From Guillardia theta CCMP2712 (Eukaryota; Protista; Cryptophyta), in the NCBI RefSeq assembly GCF_000315625.1, contig NW_005434595.1:173826-237825 (forward strand): a stretch of DNA of 64,000 nucleotides, given 5' to 3'. The position numbers were made by a program, and so were the translations under genes. Position 1 is the first letter of the stretch. Each line of letters opens with the position of its first letter. Shown one piece after another: positions 28,631 through 41,819 of this stretch. The notes under the pieces are model-generated. The model was not told where the DNA came from. It was given only the letters and a program-made list of their open reading frames with translations, and did no database searches.

Positions 28631-28939
28631 CCTGGTCAGTTAAGCTCAAAGTCAAGTTTATTATATCATCAAGACTCAAGTGCAATTGAAAGGCACTCAT
28701 CATCGGAGTCCTTGAAATTTTCAAAATCTCCGAGTCGGCGCTCACTGTAGGATATCAGTAGACAGAGAATCTTCTGGAGTTCAGAGGCTGCCATTGAAGC
28801 TTGCTCCAGCACGGTCACCCGGTGACCGGCCGCACTGACCGACCGGGCTCGGCTGCAGCGTCCCGGTCCAGCCTGACAGTGCCGTGTGGGCCTGTTCGAT
28901 ATGATAGTGGGCCGGTCCGGTGGCAGAAGCACACATCTT

Positions 28940-29965
28940 TCAAACAGCAGGCGCAGTCGATGTCAAGAGCTTCTGTACAGGATCAAATTTCGAGCCAGGA
29001 ACAGTTCCAAACTCTTGAAGAAGCAACGTGAACTGTTCGGAAAAAGGAGCAGCCCTGCTCCTCAAGTTGAATAAGAGCTCAAATACCTGCTTTCTGTTCT
29101 TCCTTGCTTCAGCGGCATCCTCAGCATACGGAATGACGTTCAAGATAAGGTGCAGAAGGTTCCAAAATGAGAGCTTGCTGAAGATGGAACAAGTGACCGT
29201 TATGGCTTGCGGGCAATAAATCGCACAGAATTTCCCGATGACATGCACACTATCAGCATCCAGGAGGAGTTCTTGATCTTGATATGCTCGTAGTAGGATC
29301 AAAAAGAAAACTACTGACCCATCAGTTTTCCTTTGAAATTCGTCGCGGAACGGTAAGTACGATGAAATGATGTCCCACACTGTATTGAGCACAAAGATGC
29401 AAGTTTGCTGGGCACGTTCCTTGATACGACCTGACTCGTTGGTGTATCTTTGCCAGTTCCGCTTGGAGAATATTTCAACATCCCTTTTGACAAACTCATA
29501 GTAGCCCCTTGTCACATAGAGAGAGTCCGTCTCTTGCCAAAAGTCAAGTGACTTGAAGTACAAATTCACACACTCTGTGAGATTCTCAGCCAGCATCTTG
29601 CAGTGATCATTTTTTCTGTTGATATAGGATTGATGGATGATACTTGCAATTGATCGCGGGCCTCCAAACTTAACTTGCGACTCTCTTTTCAAGTAATGGT
29701 AAAATTGCAGCACTCGTTGAGAATACTTCGACGACAAATTTAAGTGACACTCGGCTGGCAGCTCATCAACTTTGTCGCTAACTTCATGCAGATATACGGC
29801 AAATGACACCCTGAGCGCTTCAGACACGATGCGCGAATGAAACTCTTTCTCCATCCCGACCGGCTCTCGGCCAAGTCTTTGCATCCCAAGTTCGACCGCC
29901 TCATCTTGGAGGATGTCAAAGAAATCCGAAATCATGTCTTGAGTTGAACTGCCTGAAGACGCCAT
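28940..29965 (-). CDS. Hypothetical protein (~340 aa), possibly with a further exon ending at 28669
   Basis: Long ORF with protein-like composition from MASSGSSTQDMISDFFDIL; no family recognised. Confidence 0.6.
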   Translation of the reverse strand: MASSGSSTQDMISDFFDILQDEAVELGMQRLGREPVGMEKEFHSRIVSEALRVSFAVYLHEVSDKVDELPAECHLNLSSKYSQRVLQFYHYLKRESQVKFGGPRSIASIIHQSYINRKNDHCKMLAENLTECVNLYFKSLDFWQETDSLYVTRGYYEFVKRDVEIFSKRNWQRYTNESGRIKERAQQTCIFVLNTVWDIISSYLPFRDEFQRKTDGSVVFFLILLRAYQDQELLLDADSVHVIGKFCAIYCPQAITVTCSIFSKLSFWNLLHLILNVIPYAEDAAEARKNRKQVFELLFNLRSRAAPFSEQFTLLLQEFGTVPGSKFDPVQKLLTSTAPAV

Positions 29966-30099
29966 GGTGCTTCTTTCGCTTCTCTTTCCAGTGTCTTGTC
30001 CAGACTCTTGCTCTGTCTTCTTCTCTTTGTCTTTCGATCTTTTTCCCGCCTCTTTCACTTTGCTCCGCACATCAACAAGAGCTCCCGGCAAACTACTTC

Positions 30100-31300
30100 C
30101 TGCTGCAAGTTCCTGGTAAGACCACCCCTTCTCAATCACCCCCACCACCTTCATCCAACGGGAAAGTACCCCCCATTCCCCTGTTGTCTCCCACCATTAC
30201 AGTACCCACCCCTTTCCGTCCAGGTCGCAGAGCAATCTCACCCCCACCCCACCTCACTCTACCCCACTCTACCCCACCCTACCGTTTTAGCACGGAAGCC
30301 ATGACCCTCACCCCCAAATAGCCACAAAAGTACCCCCATCATGTCATGATTGACCCTACCAGGCTGAATTCTTTCTTACCTTGAGTACCCTCCGCAATCC
30401 CGCCCCCGCCCCTTGCTAGGAGGAGCCCGGGTTATCAAAAAAAGTATATTTGATTTCAATGATAAGTAAACTTTGATATACAGATCTATATAAATTTTTT
30501 TAAATTGTATGATGTACTGGGGATGTTGAAAGGCACAGTACAGAAGTGAAAGCCTGGATAAAAACAAGGTTTTATGAAAAAAAATCTTGATTATTAATTT
30601 TTTTTAACTTTGTGAGCAGAGTTTAAAACAGTTTTACATATAAAATCCTTTTTCCCCCGATTTGGGTTGGAAAAATCACCTAAAAAAATAAAAACAAGTT
30701 TAAAAATTAAGTTGAAATTTGTTTGTTATATTTGAAAAATAATCAAGATGTGAGCAATGGAAGCGATTTTTTGCACATTCTCAAATGAAATCAGAAGGGG
30801 ACAATTAAATTACCTTTTAATATTTACTCATCTCGGCCATGAAGCCTACCCCAGCTTTTCCTCAGGGATCCCAACAGTTGCATCATTTTGAACCGGTGGG
30901 TTATACTACCCCACCTATATATTTTACCACAAAACATCTTCACAAACCACCCGGTGAGAAAGTATAGCAAGGGGGTAGTGTCACCCCACCTACCCATCTT
31001 TGTCCATTCACAAACTGGGTGGGTATCAATCCTACCAAACGATTGAACCCTGAGGGTAGGTAGGGTAGTGCTACCCACCAATCTATGATGCAACCCCTGA
31101 AATATGTACCCACCCTCAGAAAATGAGGACCTTGCGAAGTAAGTACCCTTTATTTCACAGTATTATCTCTTCTAGCACCCGGTAATCGCAAAGCATCATC
31201 ATTCAATCACCCCCATTGACGAATCACTACTGCAAACTACCCACCTACTGAAATATACCCCTACCCCCAATAACACCTCTTGATCACCCCCGACTGTGAA
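30100..31300. promoter_or_regulatory. TACCC block / AT-rich core / TACCC-GGGTA block in a divergent promoter
   Basis: TACCC clusters at 30100-30400 and 30840-31300 flank a very AT-rich core at ~30430-30830. Confidence 0.5.
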
Positions 31301-31708
31301 TACACTGACTTCAAGTCGCCTCCATGCCGCCTCCTTGTTTCGGCTCGTCGCAGTCGAGTAGCCGCAGGGACAGAAGTTGGTTGCGTTTCCAGGTGAATCG
31401 TCCTTGGCCGATCTTAGTTTAGCCTTTCTTCACGCTGTCCTTTCGCTTCTCTCCTCTCTCTTCTCCCTTGTGAAAGAGTTTGCTCTCGTAGCTCCGTGTC
31501 GGGAGTTGGATCAGTTGATACATTTGATTCATGTTTCCCCTTTCTGAGCGATCATGTAATCATCTCAACTGCTCATCGTGTGAAAATAATTGCTATGCTT
31601 CGATGTTTCAGTCTTTGGCTTCAGATTGTACTCCGTGCACGTGTATCCTCTCAAATGGATGCCTCGGTAATTTGGTAAAACCGGGATGTAAATTTCCTTG
31701 CAGAAAGT

Positions 31709-33715
31709 ATGGCTAAGCAGTCTTCGAAAGGACATTCTAGGGACCGAGGATGAGTTTGGCAACCCGGTACATGATTGTTCAAGCCTCATTCTTCTTGCAT
31801 CTCATTTGAGTCGATATTTTCACCATGGCATTTTGTTACAAGTTCTGTAGTTTTCTACCATTTCCCTCTTTTATGTGTCCTGCAAAGCTAACTGTAGTGT
31901 TTTCGCTCAGAACTATGATCTTACCTTCGATAGTGACAATCAAGGATGTCTTCCTGATCTCACGGATACTGACCGACACAAGAGAACACTGGTGTTGGAT
32001 CTTGATGAAACGTTGGTCCACACCGAATTCAATGTAAGAGGATTACTTCATTCTTGAAGATCATATGGTCTTTTGGACAATTAGTGCGCATGTTGGCTTG
32101 CCAAATGTCTATATGCTATTCGTTGTCGCCTGCATTTCGCACCAGCAAGGTATCCGGCATGATATCGTTGTTACAGGAAGGTGCCGGGTGGATCACACAT
32201 CGGCGCCCTGGCGTATCAAGCTTTCTTGCAGCGTTGTGAGTCAATCGCACTGTAGAAGAGACTTGACTCATCCATTTCTGTTCTTCTGTTCTCTTCGTTC
32301 GATTGTCGTTTGCCACTGGTGTACTTTGGGTAACTCTTTACACTCGAAGAGGTGAAAAGTATGAGATTGTTTGCTTCACATCCGGACTTCGCGAGTACGC
32401 TTCACCGATAATTGATCAACTGGATATGAATGGGGTGAGTGCAATTCATTTGATTGGCTCTAGGGAAGAGTCAGGGTTCTGTACTCATCATTGTTTGCCA
32501 ATCAACAGATTATTGCCCATCGATTGTTCCGCGAGCATACATGTCACTTAAAAGGGCTGCACGTGAAGGTGAAAAGGCTCTCTTAAGTTAAGAAAACTGA
32601 CATCAAGTAGGATCTTTCAAGGCTGAACAGAAATCTTGCGAAAACAATCATCGTCGACAACTCGCCAGAAAGCTATCTCATGCAGGTTTGCCGACTTTGC
32701 CGTGGATCTTTCTTCAGTCTGACCATGTTGATCAGCCTGAAAATGCTATTCCCATAAAGCCTTTCTTCGGAGATACTAGTGACACAGCTCTGCTTGAGCT
32801 AATACCTTTCTTGCTCGATATTGTCGATGCAGCTATTGATGATGTAAGAACGGTAAGAAGTTTTCTCCTTGCAAGCTGGTGCCTGGTAGTCGCTGAAACA
32901 ATACAGGTGCTGAAACAATGCCATTTGAAAGGAAAGTTCGTGCATAAGAGTGTAAGTCGGAGTTCTGACTTGCCTTCTTCGTTTGTGATCGCTTATACAA
33001 ACAGATCCGCCCCAAGGAATTAGCAAAGAACCGAAAACGATGCAATCGCCCGAAACCGAAGGAGGCAAAATTAGCCATGGAGCCCCGAACCGCATCGTGC
33101 ATGACCGAGAACGCTTCCTTGAGCTCAGAAGGAGATCGTCGGAGACACAGTGACATTAACGATGCGTGCTTCGAGGACTGTATGACCGTCTTGGATGGCC
33201 TCATCACGAATAATCTTGGAACTCTCAACGACCCGGACGATCAAGTTGTGGGTCGTGATCGCAACAGGGGTGAGGTATCATCTGATCAGCTGCCCAAGAA
33301 TTTGTTCAATCCTCCCGAAAGCTGTGTATCGGATATGCTTACAGCAAGCCAGATTTGGAAAGATGCGGTCAACCAATCATGGTCCACAGGAGATCTTGAT
33401 GACCTGGATAGCAGTTTGGACTTGCGCAGCACAAGTCCTTTCACCTCGAATGTGCTGATTCCAACGAATGCTGGAAGGCGATGGGATGAGATCTGCAGTC
33501 ACTCGTACGACGAGAAAGCGCACAGCAAACCATATGATCTCCTCGCCAAGGTGAATTTGCATGGGCATTGGATGACTTCAGTCATGTCGGGGAGGCATGA
33601 TCGCCTGATCGACCTGTCTCCGTTGAATGGCTCTCTTGTTGATGTTATGAAGGGCATGAGTCCTCCGCCGTCCTTCAACCTTGCTGGGGGCTGCACAAGG
33701 CTCGGAGCAAGTTGA
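31709..33715 (+). CDS. SCP/CTDSP-type (NIF/FCP1 homology) HAD phosphatase with a C-terminal extension
   Basis: KRTLVLDLDETLVHT (DxDxT), RRPGVSSFL, YEIVCFTSGLREYASPIIDQLD, HRLFREH, KDLSRLNRNLAKTIIVDNSPESY, PENAIPIKPFFGDTSDTALLELIPFL. Start approximate. Confidence 0.9.
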
Positions 33716-33809
33716 ACATGTTTGAAAGATGATCCTCGTGTCAGTGCGTGAGTCTGAGCGCTTCCCGTGCAACTATCAGTTGCTGGTTAAGTAAGTGTCC
33801 AGTGTACAT

Positions 33810-33900
33810 TATGATATAATACAACCATCCAATTATCTCAGGCTGAACTGCCTCTATGATATAATACAACCATCCGATTATCTCAGAATAGAACTGCCGC
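33810..33900. repeat. 45-bp tandem duplication (2 copies)
   Basis: tatgatataatacaaccatccaattatctcaggctgaactgcctc starts at 33810; a near-identical copy starts at 33855. Confidence 0.9.
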
Positions 33901-34083
33901 TCGGCTGCGGAGCGGCCAGCATCGGCCGGGAGCCGCTCCGACTGACTTGGATCGGACGGTCGGCCCATGTGCTAGCGGCTCGCATGCGTCTATCATAATG
34001 TTGGTACTTCGCTCACTCGACGGGACCGGTGGGCACATAGTATGTCGCCGAAGGAGTGAGAGGCATACCGGAACGCACCCGCG

Positions 34084-34890
34084 ATGATGGCGCTGACGAA
34101 AGATCCTGGACCCGGACCGGATGCGTTTACAAGTTGGATGAGTCACCTGAGACGTCTTGCGAGGCCGTCAGACCGTCCAACGCTGCCGTTTCCTTGTTCG
34201 CCGAGCGATCTGCCAGCCACCACAGGAAGCCAACGCGGCATCCTGCAGGAGTCCATCAGTGCTGGCGATGTGCTGCTGCGGCAGTTTCAAGTTTGCTCCG
34301 AGCCAGGTCCAGCATCCCATCGTTGTCAAACACATGTGAAATGCCGCTGTGCTGAAGTCGAGGATTTCAAACTCGTGCGGTCATCGGCCTCCATTAGCCT
34401 CCTATGATTGCGGAAGTTCAAAATGCCCTCAGTGAGGTCACGGTGATCGTCGGATCTTCAGGGCCATGTTGACAAGTTTCAAACCCGCCTCAACAGAATC
34501 CGATGGGCCGGGAAAAGCCTCGGAGGAGGCAGCGAAAACCTCTACTCCTACCACACGAGCGGCAGCGGCATGCACGACAAGCAGGGGAACATGCAGGTTC
34601 CTGCAAGGAGGACGGCAAGACCCATGCGAGATCGATACTATGATAGGCGAGCATCCCTCGCACTCCGCTGTCAGCGTAGCTCCATGGTGATCCCCCAAGT
34701 ACCAGAGCCAAGTCGGACACCACAAAGCGTGAGCATGACGAGGACTATCCGCACCTGCAGTGAAGAACTTGATGGATGGCATGACTATGAGGCGGACTCA
34801 GGTTTATCACAGTACCCCACCCTGTTACCTTTTGTTCCACCTTACCCCTGCCTTTGTGTAATTCTATGGGGGAAAGTACCCCAATTTTAG
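34084..34890 (+). CDS. Possible small spliced hypothetical gene
   Basis: Coding-like short ORFs downstream of a GC island; no recognisable family and no reliable splice model. Confidence 0.25.
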
Positions 34891-35167
34891 ACTAATTTAT
34901 CTACCCCCACCCACCGTTTCGAAGCGCCATGCCGCCAGCACTGATGGAACAAGGTGAAAATGAAGTTCAGCAGGATGTAAGCAAAGAGATGAGACAAGAT
35001 AGAAAGGGGGTGAAGAAACAGGGAGGTTTTGACGTGAAGTTGATAACAAGATGTTTGTACATACGTTAAGCAAGTGATGGGAGTGGACGCTCTTGTTGCA
35101 GAGGATCAAAAGATTCAGGATATCGCTACAGCAAAAGGAAATCGTTATAACTGCTTGTCCTCTAGGT

Positions 35168-37744
35168 ATGGATAGCAAGCCACAAATCAAAAACCACATC
35201 CCGCTGCCGGAGGGGATGTATCGGACCACTAGCGCGTTCCCAATCGTAGGATCACGGTGATTCAAGAGCTTCTGAACGAAGAGAGCTGGGGTGGGGGGGA
35301 TCAGAAGCTGAGAGGAGCCTCGACAGGGTACCAGGAAGTATACAACGAGGATTCAAGTCTTCATATAGTCAAATTTCTGCTTCCAAGCAGCCAAGGTGAA
35401 GGAGAACGTTGGCTCTGCTATCTGAATGCTCGCCAGCTCCCCACCCAAGGGGAAGATCAAGTTTGGAATCAGCAGGAAATCTCAGAGTTCTTCTTCACCT
35501 CAGGTGAGCACAGCTGAGAGAGGAGGAGGATGTGAACGCAAGCAGCGATGAGAGAGGAGGGGGGCGAGGAACTATCTTTATTTGAACATCTTCAGACGCC
35601 ATCGCCTCAGGGGAGCTCGACAGAATATTATGTTTATCCGTCCGGAGATTGGTGATGTTGTACTTGTGGTTGAAGCGATGATGACATCTGCTGCAGCCTT
35701 TGCATTGTGAATCTTAGCCTTAATGACAGCGAGAACGCTCAGAGGGAGAAGAAACTCCCGAACGAGGTGGATGGAGGGGATGGGAATGGTTGTTGTTGTT
35801 GACGGTTTCGGATCTTTGCAGATCACGTGCTGCTGTATCAATAACGTGACATCTACCTTGGAATATCTAGAGATCCTTGTAGGATGCGAGACAGGTGGGA
35901 ACATGGCATTTGCTCGTGTCTAGCGCAATAGTGATGGGAATGTGCAGGTGAAATCCTACTGGTGGACGGGATAAACCTGTCTATTATCTCCAAGTACAAC
36001 ACAGGAGGGAATCTAAACAATTCACGAGTGATGGACGTGAAATGGGTACCGGATGTGAGGAGAGCTCGAAGCCTGATGGCAACAAACTGACGAGAAAAAT
36101 TCTTGTGGACAGTCGAAAAATATTTTCTTGGCCGCCTTCTCGAATGGAGTTCTGCTAGTCTTTGACAAAGGTTGCCTCCCCTCCCTCCCTTCCCCTCCCT
36201 CTCCTCCTCTTCCTTTCCTCCCCCCCCCCACCTTCCATCTTCTCCTCGTGTCCTTCTCCGCCCATGACGCTCTCGTTCTCTCCTGACTTCCCTTCCTCAT
36301 CCCCTCGCCCTGTCTTCCCTTCCCCCTCCTCCCATCATCCTCCACTCAGTCGCGCTTCGCGTCTCCTCACCCTCTGTCGGTCTTCAGACAAGGAAGATGC
36401 TTCGCAGAAGAGCATGGCAGCAGCCAACGCCTCCACTCCCACCTCCGACTCCTCCAGTTCCAACCTTGATTCCTCCACCTTCAGCGTTTCCAAGCCCAAG
36501 ACGAATAAGAACCCGATCAGTAGATGGCACGTAGCCAAGGGTCCTGTAAATTACATCTCCTTCTCTGCAGAGAACACAATGTGCCTTTGCTGCCATGACG
36601 GGTATGTGATCAAACTGTCTGCCGCTGAAGGTGATGGTTTGCCATGCTCTTGCAGAAACGCTCGAATTTTTCATTATCCGACAGAGAAGTTGATCTTTTC
36701 CTTGCGGAGTCAGGTCTTGCTCATTTCCACTTCTCTCATCTCTTCTCCTCCTCTCTTCTCTTTCTTTCTCCTCTCCTTCCTCCCTCCTATCTCCCTCCCT
36801 CCCTCCTCTTTCCCTCCCTCCCTCCCTCCCTCCCTCCTCTCCCCTCTTATTCTTGTCCCTTGCGCTTCGGCCCACTTCCTCCTTTTCTTCCTCCCATGCT
36901 TTTCTCAATGATGTTGCAGTATGGAGCGATCCTGTGCTGCGCTTGGTCGCCCGACGGGAGCTTCTTGATAACCGGAGGGGAGGATGACGTTGTTGTCGTC
37001 TGGTCTCTTGTGGAGAAGTAAGTCTGCTCCTCGTCCTCCTCGTCCTCCTCTTACGTCCTCCTCCTCTATCTCCTCTTCTCACCTCCTCCTCAGGTGTGCA
37101 GTAGCGAGATGCCTCGGACACAACAGCTGGATCAGCTCCGTTCAGTTTGACCCGGCCTTCTGCTCCAGCTCCTCGAACAGGGAAGGAGGTCCAGCGAGCA
37201 ATTATCGCTTCCTCTCCATTGCTCAGGTTTTGCCAGTCTCCACCGCTACTACCCTCCTCCTCCTGCTCCTCCCCCTGCTCTTCCCCCTGCTCCTCTTCAT
37301 CATCGTCCCCCTCGCGCTCAACCTCCCCCTCCCCCTCCCCCTCCTCCTCCTGCCCCTCCTCCTCTGTTTCCTCCTCCTTATCTCGTGGCAGGATGGCAGA
37401 TTGTGCTTTTGGGACCTCAACGAAGGCAATCTCATCATTTCCAGGAAGCGGCAAGGCGCGCCAAGAAAGAGCACATCATGTAGGAGGAGGAGGAGGAGGG
37501 GACTGCGAGAGAAGGGAGAGAACGAAGAGAAGGAGAGAGATCGCAGGAGGGGAGGCGACAGGAGGGAAGAGGGTACGGGAGGAGAAGAGAGAAGGGAGGA
37601 GAAGGGAGTCATTTCACAGGAGTATGTCTTGACGTAAAGTTTCAGTCATGATAGAGAAGATGGCAGCAAGAGCTGTGTCAAACACAGCCGAGGTTCCACG
37701 TGCAGGCAAGACCCTCCTTTTCATCTCACCCATCCAGCCCTGCT

Positions 37745-37827
<83 letters not shown>

Positions 37828-38041
37828 ACTCCCGCTCCCGCTCCTCGACCTTCTTGTGCTGGCCTTAGACTTTCCTGACATTCTTGACAGAGGAAGTGGC
37901 TTCAATGGAGCCAATTAGCAATACGCTCATCGCTGCGGTATTTCTATCCTCCTTCCTACTCCTTCCTCCTCTGCTCTTGACCTTCTACCTCGGAACAAGT
38001 TGTTCTTATCTCGTCCTTGTCTATCCTCACTCATCCTCCAA

Positions 38042-38076
<35 letters not shown>

Positions 38077-38308
38077 CTTATCATCCTCCTCAGGAGCCGT
38101 TAGCCTCCATGCATGTCACACAGGAAGGAATCGTAAGCCTCGTTCCTCCTCTCTCTCACGTCTGATCTCATTTCTTTGCAGATCACCGTGTCATACAGCG
38201 GTGAGCTCAAGTTGTGGAACCGTCCTTCTACAGGTACGCGTGCTCAACATGACGAGCTTCACTCATTAAGTCGCAGGCCCTCCGTCCAACGTGTCGGAGG
38301 ACGATTGA
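35168..38308 (+). CDS. WDR20: WDR20/DMWD/CreC-like WD40 protein
   Basis: N-terminal IKNHIPLPEGMYR, KTNKNPISRWHV, YGAILCCAWSPDGSFLITGGEDDVVVVWS, ARCLGHNSWISSVQFDP, YRFLSIAQ|DGRLCFWDL. Many short exons. Confidence 0.85.
37740..37850. repeat. (CTGCTC)n microsatellite in an intron
   Basis: Tandem hexamer array. Confidence 0.95.
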
Positions 38309-38404
38309 TCTTGGTCGAGAGGAGGGGATTGATGCTTGCCCTGCTTCAAGTTGCTCTCTGCCTCGTCCGTTCCTGCACTTACTGCCACGATGCTCACGTC
38401 CTAT

Positions 38405-41299
38405 CCAAACTCCATCACACCCCAATGTCTTCCGCCTTGTCCTTCATTGAAAGTTTTGATTCTCCCTCAATTCACATCCTCCTGCTTCGCTCACTTCACT
38501 TCCTCACTCGCTCCCACAAGTCGCTGCTGCTTCACGAGTCGTTGGACAGCAGCTTCGCTCGCTGCCTCTCCCTCGTCACCACCAGTCTGCTCCACCTGTC
38601 AAGCCGCAGAGCTCGCGATTGCTCGCGTACCTGTGCAAGAGGAGGAAGGCGAGGATGATGAAGCCGCACCACAGCCCCAGCAGGACGCCGACGTTCCCCC
38701 TGCTCGCAGAGTCAAGACAACAGCAGCGATGATGGTAGTGGTGGAGGAGGCGAGGCAGGAATGTGTAAGGCAGAGCAATGCAGCAGGAGCCGGGAAAGGA
38801 TGAGCAGGAGCAGGAGCAGGAGCAGGAGCAAGATGAGCAGGAGGAAGAGGAGGAGCAGGAGGAGGAGGGGCGGAACCAGATCGTGAGATCTCCTGTCATG
38901 CTCAACTGATTCAACACCTACACGAGCATCAGACCCTAGCAAGACTTGAGCAAGCAGGACCTGAACTCCATCCACTACGGGGCAGAAGCAGGGCTTGTAG
39001 ACAGGAAGGGAGGTGGCGGTGCCGGCCTGTGAGGGCTGGAGGTCAGTATGGAGGAGAGACTTGCTGCTGGAACCTTCAAGGGAGGACAAGAGGGTCGAGC
39101 GACAAGCTCGTTATCATCGCACTTGAGCTTCAGACCTGCTCGACATGAGACGCTAGTAGGTGAACAGTAGGAGAGGAGAGTGACCGGTGCACTCGTTGAG
39201 CATGAAAGCCTCGAAGCTGTAAAAGAAGGAAGTGAGATGAGATGTAAAGAGCGAGAGAAAAAGAGGGAGGAGAGTGAAACACGGTAATGGTAGCTCACGG
39301 CAAGGGGGGAGGAAAGGGATGGGGGAGGGGGGGGGGGAGGGCAGGAGGAGCAGGAGGAGCAAGAGGACATGTGTGGGTTACCTATAGCGCATGGGAGAGA
39401 TGTATTTGATCCAATCGAAGTAGACAGGAATGCCTGCATGCAACATGAACCGACGGTTGACAATCAGGTTGACTTGCTACCCTTCTGATTCACGAAGAAG
39501 CCGCTGAAGAGCATAAGAGGAAAGATGATAATCGGAGCTGATCATTCTTCACATACCATCCAAAATCAAGTAAGATGGACTTACCTCCTTGTATTGTGGC
39601 CTGAAGATCTTTGAACGTGCAAGCTAGGCTGTAGCACGCAGTATCATTGCAACTCGTCCCATCTCTTGGTAACTCACCAGATCCCAAGAGCATTCCCGAC
39701 GTTGTTAAGCATGAGGAAGATGACGCACCTGTTGGCATGCCGAGTAAGTTGTAAAGAAACAGATCAAAGAAATCACACCAGGTGATCCACTTTTCCCCTG
39801 ACAGCTGCAGCTGCAGCAGAAAGTACACGATGTTCGCTTGTATGAACGGAAAAATGATGTTGTGTGGAAGCTCGACAATGATTTTCGCTAGGAAGTATGC
39901 AAACGTGCTGTCGGAACTCAAGTTAAGTCGACTGTCTCTCCTCCTCTGTCACACCCACCTGTACATTCCGATGCTCCGCTCCCTCTCAAACACGACTCGC
40001 TCGACACCGAAGGCAGTGATGACTGTCGAAAACAACTTATGACAACCAAAGCAGGAAGCCTCTTAGTAAGCACCTGTCATCATAGCCGACATGGTGACGT
40101 TAACAGATACGAAGAAAAGGGCTCCGGTCCGATCCTGACGGCGCTTGTCAGTTAGCGAAAACGACTGGAGCTTCAAGATGAGGCTTACCTGGATCGACCT
40201 TTGGTTAGTCTGCAAGTCACGATAGATCAACCCAACAAGAAGCCCCATGAACAGTGACTGGCCGATCTTGGCCCTGAGAATCAGCCGGTTTCTTATCGCG
40301 TTGTTCTTTGCACGGCCGAAGAGGACGCTCATCTGGAGCAGCAGGCTGGGAGAGAAGCTGGAAGAGCTCTTGTCCACTCCGCTTCCTGGGACCTTCACGC
40401 GGGCCTCCATGTCCTTGAACGTCGAAGACTCCGCATACTCCGACAGCAACCCCTCGATCTGCTCTCGTTTCGCCTTGCGCTCGAGCTCACTGCTGGCAAG
40501 CTGATCGTTGAGGACCTTCATGAAGATGTGATCGGCCGGGTTTGTGAACTGAGGACATGGGCTGCCTCTTGTTGCAAAGTAGTCCATGCAGGATCTAGAC
40601 GGCCCCTGGTAGAGGATGCGACCGCTGGCGAGCAGGAGCAGGTTGTCGAACATGTGGAAGATGTCCGAGGACGGCTGGTGAATCGTCGCAACGACCGTCC
40701 TGCCAGCAGCAGCCAGCTCCTTCAACGTCTTGCAGACGCTATGTGCTGTATGAGTATCCAAGCCGGAAGTTGGCTCATCCAGGAACAGCACAGAAGGGTT
40801 CGTGATAAGCTCCATGGCGATACTGATACGCTTTCTCTCTCCTCCTGAGACCCCGCTCTTCTCTCCGGGATAGCCTATCACGTTGTCCTTGCAGCGTTCA
40901 AGATGAAGGATCTCAATCATCTGATCTACTCGCCTCATCTTCTCCTCGAGCGGCATGTCCGGGGGAAGTCTCAGCTTCGCCGACATGCTGATAGCCTCGT
41001 AGGCTGTCATGGTACCCATCACTACATCATCCTGGAACACAAAAGCGCGAAGCCTGCGGATCGTAGCTGTGTCAACCTTGGCTCCATTGAACCGCACAGC
41101 TCCCGAGAGGATGCCGCCTGCTGCCTCCCCTGCCACTGCGTTGAGAAGCGTCGTCTTTCCTGCTCCGCTCGACCCCATGATGGCTGTGAACTTTCCCGGC
41201 TCGAAGACGCCAGTGACGCTGGAGAGGATGGTCTTCCTGGGAGGGGAGGCACAGGGCCCGACACGAGCGTTTGCATCTGGAACCTCCATCTTCAAGTTT
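38405..41299. repeat. Outer arm A of the inverted duplication (pairs with 54058-57149)
   Basis: Its reverse complement matches the ABCG exons, several introns and the 3' flank at 54058-57149. Confidence 0.95.
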
Positions 41300-41589
41300 G
41301 AGAAAGATACTTCCACAGGCAAGCACTGATCTCCAACGAAATTTCGAAGCAAGCTCGCTCTGGGCTTCTGACTGTATTCTCTTTTCACCGTAGATTCTGA
41401 TTTCATCTCTTCATTCTTTTCTTCCCAACGTTCAGAGTCTGATGATGCATTGGGTTTATCGTTTCCTGATGTTATTCCACCAGTAGAAGCCGTGTCGTTG
41501 CTGTTCTCCACCACCACCAAACATCCATCGATCATTACTCCATTGTGCAGGTAAGCACTGGATGGCATGGGGTAGAGCGGAATGTTCAT
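38532..41589 (-). CDS. ABCG (White-type) half transporter, copy 1
   Basis: Walker A GSSGAGKTT, signature VSGGERKR, Walker B VLFLDEPTSGLD, TIHQP, NPAD; spliced ABC2 membrane domain ending RAKLLSNDS*. Start uncertain. Confidence 0.95.
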
Positions 41590-41604
41590 GGTGATCGATG
41601 TACC

Positions 41605-41781
41605 CCTGATCCTCCTCTCCCCTCCTCTCCTCTCCCCTCCCCTCCTCTCCTCTCCCCTCCCCTCCCCTCCCCTCCTCTCCTCTCCTCTCCTCTCCTCTCC
41701 TCTCCTCTCCTCTCCTCTCCTCTCCTCTCCTCTCCTCTCCTCTCCTCTCCTCTCCTCTCCTCTCCTCTCCTCTCCTCTCCC
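41605..41781. repeat. (CTCCT)n microsatellite; similar tracts at 82-128, 43070-43170 and 45790-45843
   Basis: Tandem pentamer arrays. Confidence 0.9.
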
Positions 41782-41819
41782 TGCCCTCCTGCTCTTCAAG
41801 CAAGCCTTGTACAAGTTGA

